From positions 3,038,001 to 3,102,000 of the forward strand of contig NC_134029.1 of assembly GCF_964204645.1 (NCBI RefSeq): a stretch of DNA of 64,000 nucleotides, written 5' to 3'. Of the stretch, positions 27,119 to 38,858 are shown in pieces. The DNA is from Tubulanus polymorphus (lineage: Eukaryota; Animalia; Nemertea). The position numbers and the translations under genes were made by a program. How positions within the stretch are numbered: position 1 is the first letter of the stretch; each line of letters begins with the position of its first letter. Under the pieces are notes generated by a model. That model saw nothing but the letters and a program-made list of their open reading frames with translations. It was not told the origin of the DNA and did no database searches.

Positions 27119-27582
27119 CTTTACACTTCTCCAGTGAGCAGTTGTGTCTTCGGCTGATAAAACGCCTCACTAGCCCTAACCCTGGCTAACAATAATCCTA
27201 TAGCAGGACTCAATAACAACACAAACTATACATACTACAAAGCGCAACGGCGATCTATTTCACAAATTATTCTACCACGGTAAAATATGCAATGATTGCT
27301 TGTTTTTCAGTTTTTCTACAGCTTAAAATATTAAATATGATTATATGTTATGAAATAATTTCTGTTTTTGAATAAAAGTGTGATCAAAGTGGTGCAACGA
27401 TCCTGAAGATCGGTTTTAAAATTGTACGTAACCGCCTGACACGGCTGTGATTCAGCGATCAGGAGCCCGTCAAGTGACTGTCTACACCTAGTCGAGATAA
27501 ACCCTGATTCGTCGGCACATTTTCACGATTGGACGCGATTTCGAGCGATTTTTGGCTGAACATTGCGGAGTTATAGTTGACG
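27119..27582. promoter_or_regulatory. Putative bidirectional promoter RNF126/NCLN
   Basis: Only 464 bp lie between the divergent ATGs (27118 on -, 27583 on +). Confidence 0.65.
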
Positions 27583-30500
27583 ATGTTGTGGTTCGATGAA
27601 GCTGGTGAGGTTGTCGAGATGTTCAGGAACAGTTTTCCGTTGTCGTTCTTGTTTTTTGTCCCGATCTTCATCCTGATTTCGCCGGTTGATCATGTCGGTG
27701 CGGCGCATGATTTCACCGTCTACAGAATGCAACAATTCGACTTACAGGGTTCTCAGTACGGTGAGTGTCAGCGGCCAAAAGCCGTTATCAAACTTACTGA
27801 GCCACCACTTAGAAAGAACACAAAACCCTTTATTCATAAACATAAAAAGCAGACCATTTATAAAAGGCAGGTGATAATTTGCCAATAATTCGGCATTTAT
27901 TGTCATTATTCCTGTCTATAAATGATTTTATGCCAATAATGATAACTCATTGACATTATGCCTTAGTAGAATGTAAGAATCTGGCATATTACTGGCAAAG
28001 CGCCTTTCCACTAGATCACTGAGGCTCGCTGAATTCCATATCCCGACCCTATCCCTAGCTTTAAAACAGTACCCAAAAAACTCTAACCCTATCCTATATT
28101 ATACTTAATAGAATAATTTCATTGTTATTAGTATATCTTATATGTAAATGTTGGCAAAATATTGTTAACTAATATAATACAGCGTTTGCAAAATATACGC
28201 TTCTTATTGATTGATTCCTATTGATTTAGGTGGCGCCCCCTATGATGGTTAGTAATATCTAGTGTTGTTGTATTTTCAGGATGTAGGAATACCCTGGTGA
28301 GTTTAGACGCTCGACACATCGACGCTAAAGTTCTGACGAGGCGTTGCGTCCTGGCGAAACTGAAAGAGCTAACTCTCGATCGATTCCGCGATCTGAAGAA
28401 CGTCGGAGCCGGAGCGTTGGTCGTTTTATTACCGAGTCTCCGCGATAAAATGACGCTCGAAGAGAAACAGCATCTGATGGAATTAGAGAGCGGATTATTA
28501 ACAGAGGAGACGCAGATGCCCGTTTATTTTACTCCAACCACCGATGAATTGATGGATATATACGGCAGTATTAGAAACAGCGTTAACAGCGACCAGGCTT
28601 CATCGGCTACTGAAGGTTTGTATCAACATCAGAAGAATTTCGTAAATTTTGCCATCAATTTCGACTTGTTGCAGTCGTGCGTATTTTTTATCAGTTCAAC
28701 TAATGTTTCAGGTAGGGTAGTGCTAAGCATTCTACCCTACCAGGATGTTAGTGGTTATCTTTTATTTGGCAAATTCATAATCACTTATCGTACTGTAGGT
28801 CATCTTATCTTATCTCTTTAACAGATGATATCATTGAATTCTGATGTTTTGATGTTTATTTTCTATAGCTCTGTTGAGTTCGGCCACCGCGAATGGTTTC
28901 CAATTCGTTATTTCCGGAAGTCAGTCCAAAGTCAAATCTGACTTCAAAATTCCAAACATTCAGGTATGAAATATTTCATTGATTTTAGAATACATTGAAT
29001 TATCGCTAAGACTTTGTTAATCCTAATTCAATGTGATTAATCGATTTGTTTTCATTTCAGGGGAAGCTTTCAGGGTCTGGTATTGAAGAACAGTTACCTA
29101 CAATTGCTATTGTTGCCCATTACGATGCATTTGGTGTTGCCCCAGTGAGTATGATACAGGACAGGTCAAACTCTCCAACTGATCAGTGCCACTCGGGGTG
29201 TGTTTTAGGAAAGAGGGGTCAGGGAACCTTCCAGCAAGAAATTTGAACCCCTGAACCCCGGATTGATGAGAGATCAGTGACTGATCCTATAAACCACTCA
29301 GTCATTTTCAGTGAATGCCTCCTCATTTGTACTAAAGGTATGTCTTGCCCTATGAAATGAACTAATTACTGATGATTATATTACAGGGTTTATCAGTTGG
29401 TGGTGATTCTAATGGTAGTGGTGTAATCGCTTTGATGGAAATTGCTCGATTGTTTTCTAAACTCTATTCAAACGCTCGCACTCACGCGAAGTATCCTTTA
29501 TATCGAAATCATTTTGATAAAGCTATATTTTTCAACGAAACTTCATGATTTTTCTTTAACCGAACGTCAAGATTTAATTTTCTATTCTTGTTGTCGGGTG
29601 GTGGCAAATTCAACTATCAAGGCACGAAGAAATGGATTGAAGAAAATCTAGATAACATGGGTATGTTGAATTTACAGTGTATTTTGATCGTTTGTTTGTC
29701 AAAATGCGGTCAAATTCGATAATTCGTCACTATTTTTGAGTCCTTATTTGTATTTCCAATTCAATTTACTTGTGCAAGCCATCATTTAGATTTAGATCAT
29801 TTAGTTTGACAGTAAATGTTTTGTTTGTCGGACAAAGATATTTGAATTGTTTTGAAGTCCCTACAACTCTTTGAATCCTTGAAAACTCCTTGATTTTTGA
29901 ATATATTTTTCAAGGTCCTTGAAAATCCTTTAATTTTGAGAAATATCCATAAACTCCTTGAAACTCCTAAAATTGTGGGAAAGTCCTATTAAAAATTTTC
30001 AAAAGGTCCTTTTCAGAAGACAGTGTATTCTATTATTCTTCATTGTGTGACTTGTGAGTGAAAGTTGTTTCACTTTGAGATTTAAAACATTTAAACATGT
30101 AAAACCAAAACGGCACACACAACAACTGATCAAAATTTGAGAAAAACATGGATTTTGTTTTTGAATTTTCCTTATATATGACCGCGAAAACCTCCTTGAA
30201 TTTTGAAAATTACTCCTTGAAAATTCCTTGAAAAGTCCTTGAATTCTGGATACCAGGAATTGTAGGAACCTTGCATCCGGTGCGATCTTAATAAATCATA
30301 AAATAGATCTTTACCTAAAACAATTTCATACGTTTTTTCTCACAGAATCGAGTTTGTTAACTGATGTGTCGTTTGTTCTGTGTCTGGATACAATCGGAAG
30401 CGAAGATGAACTTTATCTACACGTTTCAAAACCGCCTAAAGATGGTTCACACGGAGCAATATTCTTAAAGGTAGGCCGATTAAACGTCTTCGAAAACTAA

Positions 30501-32198
30501 GATTAGAAAACTAACGTGTTGATAGTCACATGTATTGTGATATGTTTCCTTGTAATTTCAGAATCTTGAAAGCGTGAGCAATGAATTTTATCCGGAGATG
30601 AAATTTGCTATGAACCACAAGAAGATCAACCTCGCTAATGATATGTTAGCGTGGGAACACGAACGTTTTAGTTTCCGTCGTCTACCAGCATTTACTTTAT
30701 CACGTATGGATTCACATAGAAATCTAACGCGCACTTCTATTACTGATCAAAGGTAAATTATTAATGACTAATAATCGGCTGTCTGAGACGGGGAACTTGG
30801 CTGCACCGGCTATCCTGTTGGATAGTGTGTGTTACATTTGGACAACCTGGGATTAATACTTTGTTCCTATTGTGAAAAAACTGCCCCCATTGAGGATATC
30901 TTTTATAATCTAATCAGGGAATTTTTTGTTCAATGGTCAGGGAACTGTCGAGCAATCGTTGTCCTTGTAATGAGAGCACTGTTGTCGTCTGATGAATCCT
31001 CACTTGCCACAGTTGACTGCCGAATCCTCTCTCATTGAAATGTTATTTTTCCTCTCACAGATCGTCAGTCGATATATCGAAACTACGACGTAATATACAC
31101 GTAATGGTCGAAGCATTAGCGAGACAGGTTTACGGAATCGTCAACACTGAACAATTAGAAATATTCAACGACGCGTTGGACGTACAAGAACACGTGATAT
31201 CGTCGTGGCTCGATATTCTCGTATCTCAACCACGTCCGGCTCAACTATTAGACACCAGTCATCCGTTAATAAATACAATGCACGACGCCATGGAACAATT
31301 CCTTAAAGACGTCAAAATCATCGAAGTTAAGGCTGATAAAAGGTAATCGACGTTTGGCATTGATTCGATATGATGAAGTATGCCTTTTTGAAAAATTGGA
31401 TATATCACTGAAAAATCCTGAAAATCTGTGGAAATTCCGGAAAAATGTCTGTCGCAATAGTTTGATCCCGTTTCATTCACCGCTTTGTTAATGTACCTTG
31501 ATGGGAAAAAAAAATGTTCTTAGTAAAATCTGGCAAAATTGGTGATTTTCAAAACCCATATATTCAATTCCTCTCTGCAGTCCTTTGACGATGCTGTATT
31601 TTATGTTGCTTTATTTGTAGAGATCCCGAATATGTGTTTTATGATGGTGAGCAGTTTTCTATGCATGCTTACAAGTAAGTACAAACTACAAACTAAATCC
31701 AGGGTTCTTACAGATGAAGGAAGGTCAGGGAAATCATGGAATTCTGATTTCTGAATTTTTGGTGTCTTGTTTTGTTGGTGATGTTTGGCACAAGGAATCT
31801 CTGATAAGAAACAGCCCCCACTGAGGATTCGATATCTTATATTTTAGTTCGAATTTTTGGTCAAGTCAGAAAAATATGAAAGAAATTTGGATTCAGTTCA
31901 CAGTTCTGAGTTGAATTTGACTAAAGTATAAAAATATGAAAATTTGATTCAATGTTTTTGTTTTCTACATTTTCAGCGTAAAACCGGCAGTATTTGATCT
32001 ATTCCTCGGCTTGTTGATAGCCGGCTATATATATCTAATGTATCTACTCGTACAGGTAACAACTAAACAAACTTAGTTCAAGGCGACATCGTTATTTCTG
32101 TTCGGCTAATTTGTGAAACTTCTCATTTATTACAGAATTTTAATTGGATCCGTGCGGTAACGAAGTCTGTACTCAGTCAAAAACCGAAGACTCAGTAA
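27583..32198 (+). CDS. NCLN: Nicalin (559 aa)
   Basis: Exons 27583-27760, 28280-28615, 28869-28963, 29061-29144, 29387-29490, 29572-29660, 30346-30470, 30562-30752, 31061-31342, 31621-31674, 31977-32055, 32136-32198 (1680 nt). Motifs AAHDFTVYRMQQFDLQG, LPTIAIVAHYDAFGVAP, DSNGSGV, SGGGKFNYQGTKKW, LAWEHERF, VKPAVFDLFL plus C-terminal TM. Confidence 0.96.
29491..29571 (+). other. U12-type (minor spliceosome) GT-AG intron in NCLN
   Basis: 5' site GTATCCTTT; branch-like TTTCTTTAAC at 29551-29560; 3' site AAG 11 nt later with no pyrimidine tract. Removal restores RTHAK-FNFLFLLSGGGK. Confidence 0.88.
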
Positions 32199-32579
32199 AA
32201 ATCCAATAACAGACGGAAAGAGCATTGACATATCGTAGTAATATGAAGATAGAAGTGTCTTCTGGTCGGTCATTTTTACAATTTTACTTAACGTCTCCGA
32301 ATATGTTAATAGTTGTAAGCAATGATTGGAATAATCAGTGTCGACAGTCAGGTGCCAGAGTACCCATGGTTGAATAAAATTGGGTCCCGATTCGTGGAAC
32401 TTTGTTGACACTGCGCCTAAGGTTACGATCATTTGTCAGAATCTTGAATTTAAAAGTTTATTTACTCAAATTCTATTTCTCATTCTTAATTTTGTGGTTG
32501 AATATTATTTATTTAATTATGTGTTTCGGTGAAAATTATTTCACTTTTTATGTACATTCAATTTTCAATATCTGATCAC

Positions 32580-32809
32580 TAGGGGTGGATCCACATGGGA
32601 GCATGTGCTCCATTCATCATTTTCCTGTGCCCTTTTGAAAAGAAAGGCAATTTTTCTTTTAGACTTCCTTTGTTGTCACTTAAGTGTCATGCCAGGAGAG
32701 TGCATAAAAATTTTCAAAATCCGGTCTGCCTTCGCCACTTGCTTTGTGGATATTTGCCCTTTTCATTTCTTTGTGCTCCTATCAAAGTCTGCCCCTGGAT
32801 CCACCCCTG
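32580..32809. mobile_element. MITE in NCLN 3' region
   Basis: Terminal inverted repeats aggggtggatcca / tggatccacccct, flanked on both sides by ATCAC (possible target-site duplication). Related end at ~9578. Confidence 0.7.
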
Positions 32810-33389
32810 ATCACCTCGTTCTGTTTGGAGTTGTAACAGATTTAAAGATGATTGCTCCGAGCTGCTATCATTGTCACTTTGTTTCCTGTACTGATACCTC
32901 AAACATAGCACAAAAATTAGGAATACCAAAATGATTATTTTCAATTTGAAATAGATATGCAAAGTGTCTTTTTGTTTGTTACAGCCAAATTTGCATATAA
33001 GTCATCATAGTTCGTAGAATCATTACCGGTATGTTGACTATTCAGCAATTATGATTTACACTTCAAAAACTGCAAATCAGAAATACAAATTCAGATTCAA
33101 AATGCCGACAAATTAAGTAATGCACTGACTTATTTGATGACAACTAATGCGAATTTGAATGTATTTGGGTGGTACATCCTATTCATGAGACTTAAGTTTC
33201 TTCAATTATCAATGACTCCAGCCCTTTTTACTCGACTCAAAGAGTTACATCTTTTATTCTAGAACCTTCAGGATGTGAAGGAGTTGGTTTATCTACGAGG
33301 TTGTGTTTGACCATGTCACACCAAATTATTAACCTAGTATCGATAGCACAAATGTCTTCAGATTATTCACTGATAGGTGAACCTACTAA

Positions 33390-33633
33390 CAGGGTTCTTT
33401 CAGATCAGGGAAAATTTAAAAATCCAGATTTTTCCTGCATGTAAATCTGGGAATTTTGTCTCTTTTTGTAAAGTCACAGAATTGTAATTTTTGCCGGTGA
33501 CTATCGGCACAAGGTAGCTCCTAAAAAGAAACAGCCCCCACAGAAGATGTTTTATAATCTAATCAGGGAATTTTTGGTTAAGGGTCAGGGAAATATGGGG
33601 GAATTTTAGATTCCCTGATCTGTGAGAACCATG
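33390..33633. mobile_element. MITE; fragments of the same family in NCLN introns
   Basis: TIRs cagggttctttcagatcagggaa / ttccctgatctgtgagaaccatg. Internal aagaaacagccccca.. and ttttataatctaatcagggaattttt motifs recur at ~30870-30945 and ~31700-31870. Confidence 0.65.
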
Positions 33634-36128
33634 TTCTAAAGTTGATTCAGGTTTCAATATTCAAGAAGTGAAATGTGTGACGTTGATGATGATTGTATTT
33701 ATGAGATTTTTTTACATTTTTCAAGTATGAATAAAATACAAACGTATGAATGTTATTAAATACATCAAATGTATTCAGTTTGTTTTGTTCTTGTATTTTG
33801 TCTTTGAACGCGAGATCTGACAAATAACATTATATGAAATAAGGAGCTGAGCTATTTGTTATGCGCACCCTGAAGGCATAATCACAGCTGGTGATTCTGT
33901 ATCTGGGCCTAAGTTATCACGACTGCTTTGATGAATTCAGATTTTTTTACTCACTTATCTCTACAAGTTTATAAAACAAATGGTTCATTATTTACCATTG
34001 TTGCTGAATTCAGGAACGTGATGATAAAACATGACATAAGCAAGATGATAAAATGATGAATTTGACATGATAAAGTTAGCTATTTCGCGTGATGAAAGAT
34101 CAATCAAGACATTGAGATCGTTGAAACTTGTCTCGGTGGATGTATCGGGTGCTCGTGTTGTAATCGATGTTCAAAATAATTCATCAGCTTTCAATGTAGG
34201 AATAAGTAACTTATCTGAGCAGTAGATTAATTAGAACGTGTGAATTATTGCTTATAGATCTAAAAACATCTTCGGAATCGGCATAAAATGCGCAGAAAGT
34301 TCTTACGCCAATCCCTTGAGCAGCTGAAAACAGCGGAATAATGTTGCAGGTACGTATCGGCTAGGGGGAGGGGGCTGTTTATTATTTCACCTGAAACTGA
34401 AATATTGGGTGATTCATTAAGTATCTAGAAAATTAGCATTTCGGATTTAGTTTTTCAGACTGATTCTTGTTTACCGTTAATTTTGGATTAAAAATTTCAG
34501 ATAATCACACGTTTATTTGTTCTTATAATGGTTATACTCGTCATGGCATTCAACAAGCAAGCAGAGGTCGATGCCAAAGGTAAAAACTCTCCCTCATGTA
34601 TTTCAAAATGAACCGTTGTGTGCCTTTGAATCAAATGTAAGAATGTTAGAAACTTATTTATCAAATTTATGGTAATTTTCACAGAAATTGTCAATTTGTT
34701 CTTCATTTATCTGAAAATTACTAAGTGATACTAAGCATTGATGAGTGCATTAACATTAAAAAATAACATGTCCTAGTACATGAATAATGACAAGTGAAAT
34801 CTATTCGAGAATGAAATTTAACATGCTCAATATCAGTTCTGTAATCAGTTCATTTCTATAACTGCCAGGCCTGTTATGGCTTACTTGATCATGAGTTTAA
34901 AAAAAAGTAATGTACAGGGTAGATAGGCAGCCAGCTGGGTCAACTTTAGAAAAACAAGATAGAAATTGTTTAGCCTTACTGTTTCACTGGTGTTAGATCT
35001 TGGAGTTTTCATTTGACAAGGGATTGTAATTGCGGTTATCTTGTCCTAAACATGTTAACATTAGTAAATCGTGCCCAGCACAAATGCAATAAACAGCGAA
35101 TTACAGTACAGTGTATGCAGTTGACAAATGTTCATCCGTTTTGATTATTTCAGCCTATGGAAGGTGTCCAGTCTTCACTTGTGATAACTTTCCTTCCTGG
35201 TTCACTAAACAAATGGGCTGGAGTGGTAAATAAGTCAGATGTTTACCATAATGGCAATAATACGGTATAATTCATGTGAATTGGAACAACTGTTCAATGG
35301 ATAAAAGATGATGAAAATAAATAATTCTAATGATACAAGTTTAATGTACCGGTAGATATTGTATTTTCTTAAATTTTCACCAGGAATCTTAGGCAATTGT
35401 TGTAACAATTATGATCTTGGCTTCCTCGTATGTGTGGCTTAGGCTTAGGGTGCGCAGGCAGGGTGGCCACTTTTATTTGACTTGCTTTTCCCCCCCGACT
35501 ATTCCCAACAAGCACATTGTTTTCCCAGACTAGATCTGCTAAGAATCCCATCAAATACAAGAGATGTACCATAGATGGAAACTTGTTTGATTTTACACAT
35601 GATCTAGCAATCTCAACAAATTCCCCGTACTTTTCACTGATCTTTTCTTTTTTACAAAATTCTCTCGACTATTTTCTGACTTTTTTTAAAGAAAAAGTGC
35701 ATTGGCGAGTTCTATAGATGCTCTCAGAATATTGAGTCAATGGAAGACACACACACAGGACATTATTTAAAATGTTTTTAATTTTATTATTCGCTTTTCG
35801 GCACTACAATGTTTATATACATACTAACCATCCAATATACAGTAAAATGTTGTGTTTAACACGGTTTACACCACAAAGTTTTTTAACATCGCTATGCCTA
35901 CAATATGGACACAATTTATCCGAGTTTTACTGATGTAATTGTACAAACATCACTTATGTACCATTTTAGTTGTCATTAGTCAACTGAAGAATTAGATCAA
36001 CGTATACATTAAATTACAATCTGAGTTTGATCTCGATCGATTCATTTTTACAAATTCTACACACAAGCAAAAACTAACAACAAATATTTAACATTTCTCA
36101 CAATTGATAATCATTTTGTTCGATTCTC

Positions 36129-37643
36129 TCATTTTCGTTTCATTGATTTATGATCTTTATCGAGACTAGATGAACGAGGTCGTTGTTCGGGCAGCACAGA
36201 GAGTCGACTAGAGGTTGGTATGAATGCTGACACCGGTCTCTCGTGGTGTAACGATTCTTCGAGGTGATCGCAATCATTGATCCCGACTGGAACGTCTAAT
36301 GTGTGATGTCGCGATAATTTACGATACATACTCGGCTTCGAAGTTTCTTGATTCCTACAAAATGCAATAAAAAACTACATTTTCTACGCAACGGCAAATT
36401 TAGGGAGTTGGACTGGTCCTCCCCTTCAAAATTCGAATGTACCAGCCAGAAAGTCTGGACAAAATTTCTTATTATGTTTTTAATTGATACATACTTTCTA
36501 GAATTTTCATATTCAATTTGTTGCTTCATGAACATCGAATTTTTCAATAGATCCTGTATATTTTGAAAGTGGACAGAACTATTATGCATGCCTTTCACAG
36601 CCCTGAAACAAATTGAATTTGTTCATTAATTCACATCGCATTTAAACCCACTTCATCTACGTATATTGCTTGTGGTAAAACCTACCCTATTGCATACTCC
36701 ATATCAAAACAACTTCCTTGTACAGACTGATGTAAATCTTCAATTTCATGCTGCAAAATTAGATAGACAACCACATAAGTGGAAATCATACAATTTTACT
36801 GTCACATTAATTTTGTAAACTATTCTTAATGTTTTTTGTCACAAAGTAAATGAAACGGAGCTCATTTCTTAGTGCAAGTAATTGATATTGTACTGCAGGG
36901 GACAGTGCGTCTGCCGGTGTTGCCCTCGGAATATTCTCAGTCTACTGCAACGAATTGACAATAATTCGACAAAATGAGCAACAGTTGAACTTGTGTCCCG
37001 ATTTTGACTGAATTTCTAAAACATAATGCTGATATCAGAGGAAAATGTTAACAATAATAATTTGATCTGTGCTAAAATCTAGCCAAATTTGATCAGAGTC
37101 CAAAATATACTTGTGCGATCGCTGACTTACCCTCTCATCAACGAGTTGTGGCAGAGATTTACGAATATGTTCCTGTATCCTGTAGAAAGCTACCGATGGT
37201 TCATTCGCGACAATGTGAAGGCTGTCGGAAAATTTCTCAGTAGCTGAAAATATACGCATTAATGTAGCCTCATTACCTCGAACTACGGGGTAATTTTCAC
37301 GATCATCTAATCTCGATTTATCCATTAGATAATACTTGAACAGTTTAATAAAATCAAATTGTCTGGTTAAATCTTAAAATAGCAATGGATATACTGTGTT
37401 TGTGCATAATAGGCAACAAGGAAGTCAAATAAGACTATATACGTGTGTGCTTATTGTGATAATGAAATAAATCATTGCGTGTGGTCTAGCAGTATAGGGA
37501 GCTGTGAGCTCTCTCTCTAGCTCTCTCTCTCTCTTTCTCTCTCTCTGATGAATGGATACTATGAAGCCTTCTTCTTTGCCTCTTACCTTTTCGAACTTTG
37601 TGATCAAGATCAGGATTGGAATTCTCTGAGAAAAGCTGAGAAC
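36129..37643 (-). CDS. BORCS8: BLOC-1-related complex subunit 8 (MEF2BNB); start exon not resolved
   Basis: Exons 37643-37587, 37243-37131, 36750-36686, 36602-36495, 36354-36129: LDHKVRKATEKFSDSLHIVANEPSVAFYRIQEHIRKSLPQLV...QGSCFDMEYAIGAVKGMHNSSVHFQNIQDLLKNSMFMK. Upstream exons probably extend to ~38500. Confidence 0.9.
37508..37546 (+). repeat. (CT)n microsatellite
   Basis: Interrupted ctctct run. Confidence 0.85.
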
Positions 37644-38399
37644 CTACAAATTTGAATGGATCTATTACTATTAAAGTATAGGTATGATAAAATAGATCAT
37701 CGAGCTGTATATATTTTCTGGTTAACTCCTTTCTATAATTCATTTCATAGTCTGTTCAATGTCTGTAACGTGTTTTTGGGGATATTTCCGTTAAATTTTT
37801 AGTACAGATACCTCAAATTGGTCTTAACAAGCGAAATTGTGCAGTTTGTATACACCATCATTTCTATATCCATTAGACGAATATAGACCAATTAGATCCA
37901 CAGAACAATTTGAGGTACGTACTCCAAAAATTGAGCTAAATATCCCCAAAAATGAATTTAGCAATATGAATTTAACATCGAGCCACCTGGTTGTGGTAGG
38001 CCTACCTGGCATTGTGCTTTTAACGTTCAATATATAATATAAACCATTTTCCATCACACTATATCAACTATCGTCGGTGATATCATCACCTCTTGCTGAA
38101 GCTGATAGATCAAAGTTCACACACAACAACCCTGTAACAAAAGGTGATAAAACACATTGAAATATCGAGCATATCTAACTACAGAAAGCAAAATTCAATC
38201 ATCCATTTATATCATAATCAATCTTTAGGGGTTTAACTTATTACAGTTTACTATTTATAAACTAACGCAACACAGACCTGAGCTTAACATAGATATTAAC
38301 GAATAGATCAATAAAGATTTGATTTGATTTTGTCATTGATTGTATATTCTAGTGAAGATTTGTCGCCATTTCATTGAAAAACGATACACAAAAATAATA

Positions 38400-38858
38400 A
38401 GAAATCTTCACCTCCAGAGTGTCCGACGCACGGACAGTTGGAAAACCGTTGTTTAAACGGCAAAAACGTTTAAGTTAAGACGTTTATCGTTAACTAATTA
38501 ATTTACTTCCGGGTTTACGTCAAGTTTCTTCTCTACACTGTGGCAATCGATCGGTCGGGAAAACCGGCTCGCATTGAGCATTGACCTGTGAAATTAATGC
38601 TATTTCGATAAAGCATCATTCATTTATTCATCCAAAAACGGTTCCTATAACTCAAAAAGTTTCATCCAATGAACAGATAACCGTATTGATATATCCGGTA
38701 TCAAAGTTTGATAGTTTCTTGTCTGAGATTCCAGCAACGTCTAATCTTCGCAGTCTACAGAACAATGTAGCGCTGATCATGTCTTGGCCCGTGTTTTTAG
38801 TAGTAACCGTCTTAGGACCGCGTTTAAATGTTGTTACTGAATATTTATCTGTAAAACT
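38400..38858. promoter_or_regulatory. Putative bidirectional promoter BORCS8/PDE2A-like
   Basis: ACTTCCGG at 38505; CpG-richer stretch between the divergent genes. Confidence 0.45.
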
